A program made the position numbers and the translations under genes. Under the pieces are notes generated by a model that did no database searches, had not been told where the DNA came from, and saw only the letters and a list, made by a program, of their open reading frames with translations. From Dehalococcoidia bacterium (GTDB lineage: Bacteria; Chloroflexota; Dehalococcoidia; UBA2979), in the NCBI GenBank assembly GCA_963667465.2, contig CAXXDN010000002.1:384001-448000 (forward strand): a DNA stretch of 64,000 nt. Reading direction: 5' to 3'. Positions 27,137 to 37,496 of the stretch are shown in pieces. Numbering within the stretch: the first letter of the stretch is position 1; each line of letters begins with the position of its first letter.

Positions 27137-28078
27137 ATGACGCTGCCCGAGGTGATCGACGTGCATGTGCACCTGACGCGGGATCCCGCGCAGGAGCGGC
27201 TCGTCTTCCCCAAGCCCGGCTACCCGGACGAGTGGTACCGGGTCAACGAACCGCGCGTCATCGACTGGATGGACGAGGAGGGCTTCTCGCACCTCTTCAT
27301 GATCAACTACATGGACACCAACCGGATGATCGCGAGCCGCCTGGCTCGCATGCCGGATGCCTCCGGGGCCGAGCTCGAAGGGGCGCGCGAGCAGCTCCGC
27401 GAGGAGAACGTGGAGCGCCTGCGGCGCTTCAACGCCTGGTGCTGCGAGCTCGGAGCGCGCGAGCCGCGCCTCATCCCCTTCCCCTGCGTCGACATCGGCA
27501 TCTTCTACGACGTGACGGTGATGATGGAGGAGCTGGAGACGCGACTGGCCGAGGGCGCTCGCGGGATCAAGCTGCACCCTGGCCTCGGCCACTACTTCCC
27601 CGCCGACGAGCGGATGTTCCTGCTCTACGAGCGGCTGCAGGAGGCGGACGTCCCGGTGCTCAGCGACACCGGCGCGCTCTCCCCGGCGCCCGAGGGTGGC
27701 GTCTACGGCCAACCGCTGAACTTCGTGCCGGTGTTCGAGCAGTTCCCGCGGTTGCGCTTCATCATGGCGCATGCCGCCAGCGCCTTCTGGGACGAGCGTG
27801 TCCCGATCGCCGAACGCTTCCCGCAGGTCTACTTCGACCTCGCCGGCGGCTTCCAGGGCCCCGGCCACCACGCTCGCGACGGGCACCGCGCCTGCCCGAT
27901 CGATGACGCGCCGCGCTTCCTGCGCGCGCTCGGGATCGACCGCGTGCTCTGGGCCTCGGACGCTCCGGGCCACGAGGCGGGCCCGCAGCTGCGGAGCTTC
28001 ATGAGCATCCCGCTCACCGACGAGGAGCGCGAGCGGATCCTCGCCAGGAACGCCCGGGAGTTCATCGGGCTCGACTAG
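27137..28078 (+). CDS. Amidohydrolase_2 family protein
   Basis: IDVHVH, GIKLHP, IMAH, VLWASD, ILARNA. Confidence 0.88.
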   Translation: MTLPEVIDVHVHLTRDPAQERLVFPKPGYPDEWYRVNEPRVIDWMDEEGFSHLFMINYMDTNRMIASRLARMPDASGAELEGAREQLREENVERLRRFNAWCCELGAREPRLIPFPCVDIGIFYDVTVMMEELETRLAEGARGIKLHPGLGHYFPADERMFLLYERLQEADVPVLSDTGALSPAPEGGVYGQPLNFVPVFEQFPRLRFIMAHAASAFWDERVPIAERFPQVYFDLAGGFQGPGHHARDGHRACPIDDAPRFLRALGIDRVLWASDAPGHEAGPQLRSFMSIPLTDEERERILARNAREFIGLD

Positions 28079-28150
28079 CCGGAGCGCCGCACAGGGCCGG
28101 TTGACAGCGCTCGGCGCGCCAACCTGGAAGGGCAACGTCCCGCCGGCGAT

Positions 28151-28330
28151 TTGATTCGCACGCTGCTGCCGCACATGAACGAACGCATCAGGTTCGGCTC
28201 CGACGGGCCGGGCGGCGGCTCCGGCGAGGACATCCGCGAGATGGCCGCGCAGGTGATGGCGCTCGACCGCAGCGACCGTGAGAAGGAGCTCATCCTCGCC
28301 GGCAATGCGAGGGCGTTCCTCGGTCTGCAG
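28151..28330 (+). pseudogene. C-terminal remnant of a second amidohydrolase
   Basis: ERIRFGSDGP...SDREKELILAGNARAFLGL parallels the C-terminus of the upstream gene; no N-terminal part. Confidence 0.6.
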
Positions 28331-28363
28331 TCAGCGGTCTGTAGTCAGTGGTCTGTAGTCAGC
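28322..28363 (+). repeat. 14-bp tandem repeat, three copies
   Basis: GGTCTG(C/T)AGTCAG(C/T) three times. Confidence 0.8.
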
Positions 28364-28382
28364 CCGTCCGGCCAGGGGTCCC

Positions 28383-30761
28383 TCAGCGGACGACGCCGTC
28401 CGCGCGCAGGGCGGCGATGCGCTGCTCGTCGTAGCCGATCTCCGCGAGGATCGCGTCCGTGTGCTCGCCGAGGGTCGGTGGCGCGAGGCGCACTGATCCC
28501 GGCGTGTCCAGCTTCCAGGGCAGGCCCCACGTCCGGACCTCGCCGCGCGTTGGATGCTCCACCGTGAGCAGCATGTCCTGCTCGAGGATGCCCTCGTCGT
28601 GGAACATGCTGTCGTAGTCGTGCACCGGCGCGCACATCAGACCGAACTCCTCGAGAAGCTGCAGCACATCCTCGCTGCTGCGGTCGAGGAACGCCCGGTC
28701 CAGGTAGGGCTGAAGCGCGATCTGGTCTTCCGCCACCAGCTCGCGGTCCGCGAACCGCGGATCGGCCTGCACCTCGTCGAGGATGCCGACGCGCTCGAGC
28801 AGTAGCTGGAACGCGCCCGGGTCGCGGGCGTAGGAGGCCGTGAACTCGATGTTGCGGTCCTTCGTGGGGTAGCCCCGCACGGGGGATCTCAGGTGCGCGG
28901 AGTAGAAGGGGCCGCTGAAATCGTCGGGGTCGCTGTGCGCGGCGAGGTAGTTCTGCTGCGACGCGATCATCGCCCGCAGGCAGGAGGTCTCGACGTACTG
29001 GCCCTCGCCGCTCTGGCGCCGCCAGAAGAGCGCGGCGAGGATCGCCTGCACCGCGTACATTGCGGCGGTCACGCCGGCGTAGTTGCTGCCGAAGCGCAAC
29101 GGCTCCTTCCCGCGCTCGCCGATGAAGCGGGTCAGGCCGCTCAGTCCCTGCACGATCAGGTCCGTCGCCGGCTTGTCGGCGTCCGGCCCACGCCGCTCGA
29201 GCAGCGAGAGGTCGCAGTAGATCAGGCTGCGGTTCGCAGCCGAGAGCGTTTCGTAGTCGAGACCCAGGCGCTCGGCGTCGCCCGCCCTCGGGAAGCACTC
29301 GACGAGGATGTCGGCGCCCGCCGCGAGGTCGCGCACGACCGCGCGGCCCTCGTCGCGCTCGAGGTCGAGCGCGATGCTGCGCTTGTTGCGGTTCATGCCC
29401 ATGAACAGCGGGCCGTCAGCGCCGTCGAAGGGCGGCCCGAGGGGGCGCGCCCAGTCGCCCGCAAGCGGCTCGACCTTGAGGACGTCGGCGCCGGCGTCGC
29501 CGAGCTGCATGGCGCTGAAGGGAGCGCCATCGCCCTCGGTCAGATCGAGGACGCGGATGCCCTCAAGCGGGGCGCTCATCGCCGGGCGTCGCCGCCCGTG
29601 GTCGCGGCGGCGCGGTCGCGGGACGCCGAGCTCGGCCAGCAGCTCCTCGCGGTCGCGGTCCATCGCCACCGCCAGCTCGCCGTACTCGGCGGGCGTGCGG
29701 CTGAACAGCCAGGGCACGGCGTTGGTGCGCACGGCGCCCATCTCCGGGTGCTCTCGATCGACGAGCAGCTCGTTCGCCACGACCTGCGGCTCGCCGTAGA
29801 GGTCCTCGATGTCCCGGCGCGCGGGTCCGCAGGGCACGCCCGCCGCCTCCAGCCGCTCGATCCAGCGATCGCCGCTGTGGCACAGGAACGCCTGCTTGAG
29901 GATCGGCAGCAGCTCCTCACGGCGCTCGACGCGCTGCGCGTTGGAGTCGAACCGTGGGTCATCCGCCAGCTCCGGCAGCTCGAGCGTCTCGCAGAGCGCG
30001 CGCCAGGTGTCCTCGGCAGGGCACTCGACGAGGATGTACCCGTCGGCTGCGAGGAAGGCCTGGCTCGGCACGACGTGCGCGCTGCCGCTGCCCCACGGTT
30101 GCGGCGTCTCGCCGCTCGCGAAGTACTCCGCGGCGCGCACCGCACCGACCGCGATCATCGTCTCCGTCTGCGAGCAGCGCGCCCACTGGCCGCGGCCGCT
30201 GTCCTCCCGCGCCAGCAGCGCGAGCAGGATCGCCTGCACGAAGGTCAGCGGAGAGGTGAAGTCGATCGCGATGAAGCGCGGGCGCTCGCCGGGGCCGCCC
30301 TCGGGGCCGGTCAGCGAGAAGTAGCCGCCCATCGCCTGCGAGATGTAGTCGACCGTCGCCTTGTGGGCGTACTTCCCGGTCTGGCCGAAGCCGCTGGCCG
30401 AGGCGTAGATCAGGCGCGGATTGATCGGGGCGAGCACGTCGTAGTCCACTTGCAGGCGCTCCGCGACGCCTCGCCGCCAGTTCTCCATGAAGACGTCGGC
30501 GTCGCGAATCAGGCGCAGCAGGATCTCGCGTCCCGCCGGGTCCTTGAGGTCGAGCACGATGTTGCGCTTGCCGTGGTTAAGGCCCGCGTTGGGGAGCGCG
30601 TGCCCGCCCTTGAGCGGACCGGAGCGCCGCATCATCTCGCCCCCGGGCTTCTCGACCTTGATCACGTCGGCGCCGAGGTCGGCAAGCAGCGCGCCGGCCC
30701 AGGGGCCCTGCGCGCCCTCCGTCACGTCCACGACCCTGATTCCGGCGAGTGGCCCGGTCAT
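28383..30761 (-). CDS. Family III CoA-transferase, two full domains in one ORF (second domain has its own ATG at 29579)
   Basis: MTGPLAGIRVVD...GADVIKVE and MSAPLEGIRVLD...GADVLKVE...NRNKRS. Confidence 0.88.
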   Translation of the reverse strand: MTGPLAGIRVVDVTEGAQGPWAGALLADLGADVIKVEKPGGEMMRRSGPLKGGHALPNAGLNHGKRNIVLDLKDPAGREILLRLIRDADVFMENWRRGVAERLQVDYDVLAPINPRLIYASASGFGQTGKYAHKATVDYISQAMGGYFSLTGPEGGPGERPRFIAIDFTSPLTFVQAILLALLAREDSGRGQWARCSQTETMIAVGAVRAAEYFASGETPQPWGSGSAHVVPSQAFLAADGYILVECPAEDTWRALCETLELPELADDPRFDSNAQRVERREELLPILKQAFLCHSGDRWIERLEAAGVPCGPARRDIEDLYGEPQVVANELLVDREHPEMGAVRTNAVPWLFSRTPAEYGELAVAMDRDREELLAELGVPRPRRRDHGRRRPAMSAPLEGIRVLDLTEGDGAPFSAMQLGDAGADVLKVEPLAGDWARPLGPPFDGADGPLFMGMNRNKRSIALDLERDEGRAVVRDLAAGADILVECFPRAGDAERLGLDYETLSAANRSLIYCDLSLLERRGPDADKPATDLIVQGLSGLTRFIGERGKEPLRFGSNYAGVTAAMYAVQAILAALFWRRQSGEGQYVETSCLRAMIASQQNYLAAHSDPDDFSGPFYSAHLRSPVRGYPTKDRNIEFTASYARDPGAFQLLLERVGILDEVQADPRFADRELVAEDQIALQPYLDRAFLDRSSEDVLQLLEEFGLMCAPVHDYDSMFHDEGILEQDMLLTVEHPTRGEVRTWGLPWKLDTPGSVRLAPPTLGEHTDAILAEIGYDEQRIAALRADGVVR

Positions 30762-30916
30762 CCCTGCACCTCCTCGCGGCCGGATGCGGGCGGTGTCCCG
30801 CAACGAGCATAGCGAGGCGGCGAGCGGCTGCCATCCGCCGTGCGGCGACGCTTGCCTGAAGCTCGGGGAAGATTGGCTATGCTTGGGGCCGCGTTTCGGC
30901 CGCACGGGGAGCGATC

Positions 30917-32056
30917 ATGAGTGTCACCGAGTTGAGCAAGCTGCGTGATCAGGTCGCGATCGTCGGCGTCGGCACTACCCGGCAGGGCACGATCCCGGGC
31001 AAGGACGGCAACGAGAACGCCGTCGATGCCTTCAAGCTGGCGCTCGACGACGCCGGGCTGCAGAAGGAGGACATCGACGGGCTGCTGACCTGCCGCTCCT
31101 TCGGCGACCTCGGTGTGGACACGCAGATCGCCCCGCTCATCGGGCTCAACCCGCTCTACAGCGCCACGCTCGACTACGGGACGTGCAACTTCTCGCTGCA
31201 CGTTGCGGCGATGCTGATCGCGGGCGGGTTCGCCCACACCGTGGCCTGCATGTACGGCACGAACCAGCGCTCCAACCGCAACTTCTTCGCCGGTACGTCC
31301 GCTGCCGATTACGCCCTCGCGCACGGCCTCTTCAACATCGCCGGCCCGGCCTCGATGGCGCTCCGCCGCCACATGCACGAGTACGGGACCACCGAGGAGC
31401 AGATGTCGGCGATCGCCCTCACCGAGCGCGCGCACGCCCGCCTCAACCCAATCGCGGTGATGCGCGACGAACTGACGAAGGACGACTACCTCAACTCGCG
31501 CTACATCGTGGAGCCGCTGCACCTCTTCGACATGTGCCTGATCACGGACGGCGGCGCGTGCGTGATCCTCACCTCGGCGGAGCGGGCGCGGGACATGAAA
31601 CAGCCGCCGGTCTACATCATGGGGATGGCCGAGAACACCTCGCTGCGCAACTTCCAGAACCAGGACCAGTTGATGCGCCCGTTCATCCAGACCGTGCGGG
31701 ACCAGATCTACCCGGCGGCCGGCGTCAGCCGCGACGACGTGGACGTGCTCTTCATCCAGGACCCGACCAGCGTCTGGGTGCTGCAGATGCTGGAGTGGTA
31801 CGGCTTCTGCGAGGTGGGCGAGGGCGGCTCCTTCATCCAGGACGGCCGGATCGGCCTCGGCGGCGAGTTGCCGCTCAACACCAACGGCGGCCAGCTCTCG
31901 GAGAGCTACATGTGGGGCTGGCTGCACATCCCGGAGGCGGTCCGCCAGCTGCGCGGTCAGGCCGGCCCGCGACAGGTCGAGGGCGCCGAGATCGCCCAGT
32001 ACTGCTCGACCATGGCCTTCAGCAAGGCCGCCTCAACGATCATGAGGAGGGACTAG
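30917..32056 (+). CDS. Thiolase-like (SCP2/Ltp2-type) protein
   Basis: AIVGVG, DIDG, PLHLFDMCLITDGG, NTNGGQLSESY, VRQLRG. Confidence 0.88.
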   Translation: MSVTELSKLRDQVAIVGVGTTRQGTIPGKDGNENAVDAFKLALDDAGLQKEDIDGLLTCRSFGDLGVDTQIAPLIGLNPLYSATLDYGTCNFSLHVAAMLIAGGFAHTVACMYGTNQRSNRNFFAGTSAADYALAHGLFNIAGPASMALRRHMHEYGTTEEQMSAIALTERAHARLNPIAVMRDELTKDDYLNSRYIVEPLHLFDMCLITDGGACVILTSAERARDMKQPPVYIMGMAENTSLRNFQNQDQLMRPFIQTVRDQIYPAAGVSRDDVDVLFIQDPTSVWVLQMLEWYGFCEVGEGGSFIQDGRIGLGGELPLNTNGGQLSESYMWGWLHIPEAVRQLRGQAGPRQVEGAEIAQYCSTMAFSKAASTIMRRD

Positions 32057-32060
32057 CGCG

Positions 32061-32474
32061 ATGGCCGACTACGCGAAGCCGCTCCCCGACATCGCGGACC
32101 CGAACATGGCGCCGTACTGGGAGGCCGCGAAGCGGCACGAGCTGCGGATGCAGCGCTGCACCAGCTGCGACTATGTGCGTTTCCCCGCGGCGAAGCACTG
32201 CCCCGAGTGTCTCGAGGAGAACGACGACTGGGTGGAGCTGAGCGGGCGGGGGACTGTCTGGTCGTTCGGCGTCTACCACCACCTCTTCAACCGGGCGTTC
32301 GCGGACGACATCCCCTACAACGTCGCCCTCGTCGAGCTCGAGGAGGGGCCGCGGCTCGTCACCAACATCGTCGGCGTGGCGAACGAGGCGATCGAGCTGG
32401 GGATGCCCGTCGCGGTCGAGTTCGACGACGTGACGGACGAGGTGACGCTGGTCAAGTTCCGCCCGCGTGGGTAG
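32061..32474 (+). CDS. DUF35 Zn-ribbon/OB-fold protein
   Basis: QRCTSC...HCPEC, SGRGTVWS, VELEEGPR. Confidence 0.92.
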   Translation: MADYAKPLPDIADPNMAPYWEAAKRHELRMQRCTSCDYVRFPAAKHCPECLEENDDWVELSGRGTVWSFGVYHHLFNRAFADDIPYNVALVELEEGPRLVTNIVGVANEAIELGMPVAVEFDDVTDEVTLVKFRPRG

Positions 32475-32585
32475 CGGGGCGCGCCCTTCAGGTTTGTTAT
32501 GCTCGCCTTGGCATCGGCGTCCGGCCACGCGGCTGATCGCGCCGCCCCGTACCCCGGCCCGCCCGACGCCGATCGGAGGTGCGCG

Positions 32586-33782
32586 ATGAGTAACGGACCG
32601 CTGGATGGGGTTCGCGTCTTCGACCTCACGATGTGGATGGTGGGGCCGTGGTGCTCCGTCCAGCTCGGCGCCCTCGGCGCGGAGGTGGTGCACATCGAGC
32701 AGCCGGACGTGGACTGGAGCACGCTCGGAGCGGGCGTACCGCCGCTGATCAACGGCACCTCGATTGGCTACATCACCTGGAACATGAACAAGCGCGGCCT
32801 CTCGCTGGGCATGAAGTCGCCCGAGGACCGCACCGTTGCGTACGAACTGCTGAAGACGAGCGACGTCTTCCTGATCAACATGACGCCTGGCGTCGCCGAC
32901 CGGCTGGGCGTGGGCTACGACATCGTCTCCGGGATCAACCCGCAGATCGTCTACTGCGCCATCACCGGCTGGGGCGAGGACGGGCCGATGGCGCTCCTGC
33001 CCGGCGCGGACACGCCCGCGCAGTACGTCACCGGCTTCTCGACAGGCACCGGCGTGCCGGACGGCGACGACGAGATCAACCGCCACTTCACCCAGATGGA
33101 CGCGACCAGCGGCAACTACGCCGCTCAGGCGATCCTGATGGGCCTCCTGGCCCGCAAGCGCACCGGCGAGGGCCAGCGGATCCACGTCTCGATGCTGAAG
33201 GCCGGCTCGGCGCTGCAGAGCGTGCGCATCGCCGAGTACCTCGCCAGCAGCCACCAGCCGCAGCGGCTCGGCTCCGGCTCGCAGAACACCGCGCCGGACC
33301 GCGCCTACGAGTGCGCCGACGGCAAGCTCCTCGGCGTCTCCGTCACCAGCGAGGACGAGTGGCGGGGCTTCTGCGAGGTGATCGGCCAGCCCGATCTTGC
33401 GGCCGATCCACGCTTTGCCGTCAACGCCGATCGCGTCGACAACCGCGAGGAGCTCGACGGCCTGCTCGATCCAATCCTCGCGGGCATGGTGCGCGATTAC
33501 TGGCTGATGCACCTCAACCGCGCCGGCGTCCCCGTCGGCTACCCGATGACGTGGGCCGAGCTTCGCCACCACGCGCAGGTGCTGGAGAACGACTACATCG
33601 TGCCGGTGGAGACGGCGGCCTGGGGCCCGGTCTGGACCGGCGGCCCGCCCTGGCAGCTCTCGGAGACGCCCGCGCGGATGTTCAGTCCGCCGATGCCCGG
33701 CGAGCACTCGCAGGAGATCCTCGCCGATCTCCAGCAGCAGCGCGCTGCCGCGGAGCAGCCGGCTGCCGCGCGGGAGTCCTAG
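32586..33782 (+). CDS. Family III CoA-transferase
   Basis: PLDGVRVFDL, NMNKRG, QMD, PGEHS. Confidence 0.9.
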   Translation: MSNGPLDGVRVFDLTMWMVGPWCSVQLGALGAEVVHIEQPDVDWSTLGAGVPPLINGTSIGYITWNMNKRGLSLGMKSPEDRTVAYELLKTSDVFLINMTPGVADRLGVGYDIVSGINPQIVYCAITGWGEDGPMALLPGADTPAQYVTGFSTGTGVPDGDDEINRHFTQMDATSGNYAAQAILMGLLARKRTGEGQRIHVSMLKAGSALQSVRIAEYLASSHQPQRLGSGSQNTAPDRAYECADGKLLGVSVTSEDEWRGFCEVIGQPDLAADPRFAVNADRVDNREELDGLLDPILAGMVRDYWLMHLNRAGVPVGYPMTWAELRHHAQVLENDYIVPVETAAWGPVWTGGPPWQLSETPARMFSPPMPGEHSQEILADLQQQRAAAEQPAAARES

Positions 33783-34985
33783 GTGGGCGGCCCGCTCGAA
33801 GGCCTGCGCGTCGTCGAACTCGCCGAGGGTGTCGCCGGGCCGTACTGCGCACAGGAGCTGGCCGACGCGGGCGCGAGCGTGGTCAAAGTCGAGAAGCCGG
33901 GCGGCGACCGCACGCGCGGCTGGGGCTCGCGCAAGCGCGGCGACGTCGGCGTCGCGTTCCTCGCGATCAACCGCGGCAAGCGCGGCGTTGCGCTCGACCC
34001 GGACAGCGAGAAGGGCGCCGCGATCCTGCGCAAGCTGATCGCCAGCGCGGACATCGTGATCGCGGACGCCGGCTGGTCTGCCGACGCCGCTCTGCAGTAC
34101 GACTCGCTCGGTGAGCTCAACCCGCAGCTGGTCTACTGCCGCTTCTCCGAGTACGGCAAGGCGGGGCCGTGGGCCGACCAGCCGCCGTATGGCGAGCTGG
34201 TCGCGCAGCTCGCGGGCGACGGGACCGGCTCGCTGGGCGCGATCGGGCAGCCACCGGTGCGCATGGCGACGGACATCGCGAGCATGTACGCCGCGATCTA
34301 CGCCGTGATGAGCATCTGTGCCGCCGTCTACGCACGCGACGAGAGCGGCGGCCAGCGCATCGACGTTTCGCTCTTCGGGAGCATCCTCGCGATGCGTTCC
34401 ACGCTCTGGGTGGCGCTCTCCAACCCGGACGAGTGGTGGGGGTTCCACCTCGACAGCTACATCAAGCCTCCGGACACCGGCTACCACTGCAAGGACGGCG
34501 CGATCTACTTCTCGCTGGCGCGCACGAGCCCCGAGCAGCGCGAGGAGCTGTACCGCGAGCTGGGCATGGAATGGGTCGAGGACGACCCGCTGTTCGAGCT
34601 GGTCAACATCGACACCGGCGGCGGGGGTGGGCGCTACTCGCACCTCGCGCGGCCGGTCTGGGAGCGGGCGCTCGCGAACTTCAGCATTGACGAGGCGATC
34701 GAGATCACTCGCCGCTACGGCGGCTGGGCCTACCCCAAGAACGACTACGAAGCGCTCGTCGCGGATGAGCAGGCGCAGCACGTCGGGTTGATCGAAACGG
34801 TAGCGCAGCCCGGCGCAGGTACGCTGAGCCAGGTGGCGCCGCCGTGGGACTTCGAGGGCACTCCCGCCGCGATCCAGGGCCCGGCCCCGCAGCTCGGCGA
34901 GCACAACGCCGCCGTCCTCGCCGAGGCCGGCTACTCCGAGGCCGAGATCGCGCGCTTCCGCGACGAGGGCGCCCTTAGCGGCTAG
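33783..34985 (+). CDS. Family III CoA-transferase (apparently lacks the catalytic Asp)
   Basis: PLEGLRVVEL, GASVVKVE, NRGKRG, APQLGEH. Confidence 0.9.
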   Translation: MGGPLEGLRVVELAEGVAGPYCAQELADAGASVVKVEKPGGDRTRGWGSRKRGDVGVAFLAINRGKRGVALDPDSEKGAAILRKLIASADIVIADAGWSADAALQYDSLGELNPQLVYCRFSEYGKAGPWADQPPYGELVAQLAGDGTGSLGAIGQPPVRMATDIASMYAAIYAVMSICAAVYARDESGGQRIDVSLFGSILAMRSTLWVALSNPDEWWGFHLDSYIKPPDTGYHCKDGAIYFSLARTSPEQREELYRELGMEWVEDDPLFELVNIDTGGGGGRYSHLARPVWERALANFSIDEAIEITRRYGGWAYPKNDYEALVADEQAQHVGLIETVAQPGAGTLSQVAPPWDFEGTPAAIQGPAPQLGEHNAAVLAEAGYSEAEIARFRDEGALSG

Positions 34986-36166
34986 CCGATCACGCCCGCC
35001 GATCGCAAATCGGCGACCCGCTGGGCCTCGTAGCCGAGCGATGCGAGGACAGCTTCCGTCTGCTCGCCGGGGGAGGGCCCGACGGTCTGCGGTCGTCCGG
35101 GCGTCCCGGACAGCTTCGGCCCAACGCCGATCTGCGCCACCTGCTCGCCGCCGGCGCTCGCGACACTGGAGAGCATGCCGCGATGGCGGTTGTGCGGATC
35201 CTCCAGTGCCTCATCGAGCGAGTAGACGGGCGCGATGCAGAGCTCGGTTTCCTTGAGCTGCTCGAACCACTCGTCGCGCGTGCGCCCCCGGAAGGTCGCC
35301 TCCAGGTGCGCGCGGATCTCGGGGTGGCGGTCGGTGTCGTGCTGGAGCGGCTTGAAGTCCTCGCGGCCCACCACCTCGCAAAGGTTCTCCCAGAAGTGCG
35401 CCTCCTGGGTGCCCAGCGAAATGTAGCCGCCGTCCGCGGTCTCGTAGACATCGTAGTGGGGGTTCACGCCGGAGTAGCTGCTGGCGCCCGGGCGCGGCGG
35501 CTCGCCCCCGGCGAGCATGCGCGAGACCGCAGCGGCGAGCAGGTACATCACGCCGTCCGACATCGCAAGGTCGATGTACTGGCCTCGGCCGCTGCGCTCG
35601 CGCGCGAGCAGGGCGGTGGCGACGGAGAAGGCGGCCATCGTCCCGCCGCCCGCGTAGTCGGCGAGGATGTTGAGCGGGATCGCCGGTTTCTGGCCCGGCC
35701 GGCCGATCGCGCCCAGCGCGCCGGCCATCGCGATGTAGTTGATGTCGTGGCCGACCATCAGCCGGTAGGGGCCGTCCTGCCCGTAGCCCGACAGCGAGCA
35801 GTAGACGATGCGCGGGTTGATGCGCGAGACCGTCTCGTAGTCCACCCCGAGCCGCTCGACCACGCCCGGCCGGAAGCCCTCGAGGACCACGTCCGCGTCC
35901 TCGCAGAGGCTGTAGAAGATTGCCTTGCCCGCGTCCTCGCGCAGGTTGAGCACGATCGAGCGCTTGTTGCGCCGCAGCGCGTCGTGGCGGAGCTCGCGCG
36001 CCTCGGCCTCCTCGTCGCGCTCTGCCGCCGCGCCGCGCGTGACGAGGTGCCGCGGCCCCTCGACGAGCAGCACGTCGGCCCCGAAGTCGCTGAGCAGCAT
36101 GGTGCAGAACGGTCCCGGCGCCAGCCGCGACAAGTCCAGAACCTTCATGCCCTCGAGTGCGCTCAT
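34982..36166 (-). CDS. Family III CoA-transferase / alpha-methylacyl-CoA racemase-like
   Basis: GHDINY and NILADYAGG motifs typical of the AMACR/Mcr branch; EGFRPGV. Confidence 0.88.
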   Translation of the reverse strand: MSALEGMKVLDLSRLAPGPFCTMLLSDFGADVLLVEGPRHLVTRGAAAERDEEAEARELRHDALRRNKRSIVLNLREDAGKAIFYSLCEDADVVLEGFRPGVVERLGVDYETVSRINPRIVYCSLSGYGQDGPYRLMVGHDINYIAMAGALGAIGRPGQKPAIPLNILADYAGGGTMAAFSVATALLARERSGRGQYIDLAMSDGVMYLLAAAVSRMLAGGEPPRPGASSYSGVNPHYDVYETADGGYISLGTQEAHFWENLCEVVGREDFKPLQHDTDRHPEIRAHLEATFRGRTRDEWFEQLKETELCIAPVYSLDEALEDPHNRHRGMLSSVASAGGEQVAQIGVGPKLSGTPGRPQTVGPSPGEQTEAVLASLGYEAQRVADLRSAGVIG

Positions 36167-36285
36167 GGCGGCCTCCCTTCCCGGGCGGTGCGGCGGTCAG
36201 TCTAGCGGCGCAATGCCCGGCCCGGCGCGCCGGCCAGAGCGGATCGGCGTTGTGATACCGTCGCGCCGCCTGTGAGGGGGCGCGC

Positions 36286-37494
36286 GTGGCGGCTCAAGCG
36301 GACCTCGATCGGCTCCGTCCCCTCAAGGATGTGGCGGCCATCGTCGGCGTCGGCGAGACCGACTACGCGGCGGACTACCGCACCGCGCGAGGCGAGGCGG
36401 CGGCGGTCGGGAGCGGCGGCGGCGACTCATACGTGCTCGCGGCCCGCGCCTTCCGGCGCGCCCTCGACGACGCCGGCCTCGAGAAGAGCGACATCGACGG
36501 GCTCTGCGTGGGCGGGCCGATCGCGCACGAGCGGATCGCCGAGGTGCTGGGCCTCAATCCGCGCTGGAGCAGCGGCGGCGACGCGCCGCGCAGCGTGATC
36601 GACGCCGTGCAGGCGATCCAGGCAGGCCTCTGCACGACCGTCGCCTGCGTCTACGGCAACGCCCAGCGCTCGGCGAACATCCAGTACGGCGGTCCCGAGG
36701 CGATGGGCGGCGGCGGGATCCTCTCCTACGTCTACTACGCGCCCTGGGGCCTGACCTCCCAGGGCGCGCTCTACGCGCTGATGTTCAAGCGTCACCAGCT
36801 CGTCTACGGCACCACCGAGGAGCAACTGGCCGCGATCCCGGTCGCGCTGCGCAAGCACGCCACGCTCAACCCGAACGCGATCATGCGCGAGCGCCCGCTG
36901 ACCACCGATGACTACCTGAACGCCCGCTACATCGTCGAGCCGCTGCGCCTCTTCGACTACTGCCTCGTCAACGACGGCGGGGTCGCCCTGATCGTCCAGC
37001 GCGCCGACCTCGCCCGCGAGCGCAGGCACGAGCCCGTGCTGGTCAGCGGCTTCGGCTGGTCCGAGCTGAGCGTGGACGCCACCCAGCTGCGGCCGCGCAT
37101 CAAGGACTTCTACTTCCCCGCCCACCACGACGTCGTCGAGCAGGTCTACCCGATGGCCGGCGTCAGCCAGAGCGACATCGACGTCTACGCGACGTACGAC
37201 AGCTTCAGCGTCCACCTGCTCTTCACCCTCGAGGGCTTCGGGTTCTGCGGCGAGGGCGAGAGCGGCGCCTTCATCCAGGACGGGCGCATCGAGGTCGGCG
37301 GCGAGCTGCCCTGCAACACCAGCGGCGGGATGCTCTCGGAGAGCTACATGCAGAGCTGGAACCAGCAGGTGGAGCTGGTGCGCCAGCTGCGCGGCGGCCT
37401 CGGCGACCGCCAGGTCGAAGGCGCCGAGGTGGCGCAGTATGCCCACGACGTGGCCGGCAAGTGCATGAGCCTGATCTACACGAAGGGCGGCTAG
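36286..37494 (+). CDS. Thiolase-like protein (Ltp2-type aldolase candidate)
   Basis: AIVGVGET, PLRLFDYCLVNDGG, YDSFS, NTSGGMLSESY. Confidence 0.88.
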   Translation: MAAQADLDRLRPLKDVAAIVGVGETDYAADYRTARGEAAAVGSGGGDSYVLAARAFRRALDDAGLEKSDIDGLCVGGPIAHERIAEVLGLNPRWSSGGDAPRSVIDAVQAIQAGLCTTVACVYGNAQRSANIQYGGPEAMGGGGILSYVYYAPWGLTSQGALYALMFKRHQLVYGTTEEQLAAIPVALRKHATLNPNAIMRERPLTTDDYLNARYIVEPLRLFDYCLVNDGGVALIVQRADLARERRHEPVLVSGFGWSELSVDATQLRPRIKDFYFPAHHDVVEQVYPMAGVSQSDIDVYATYDSFSVHLLFTLEGFGFCGEGESGAFIQDGRIEVGGELPCNTSGGMLSESYMQSWNQQVELVRQLRGGLGDRQVEGAEVAQYAHDVAGKCMSLIYTKGG

Positions 37495-37496
37495 CC

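Noticed and set aside
33780-33785. Amber read-through (pyrrolysine) fusing two CoA-transferases
   Set aside because: The second gene has its own GGGAG RBS and GTG start, TAG is a common stop in this window, and no pyl genes are visible.
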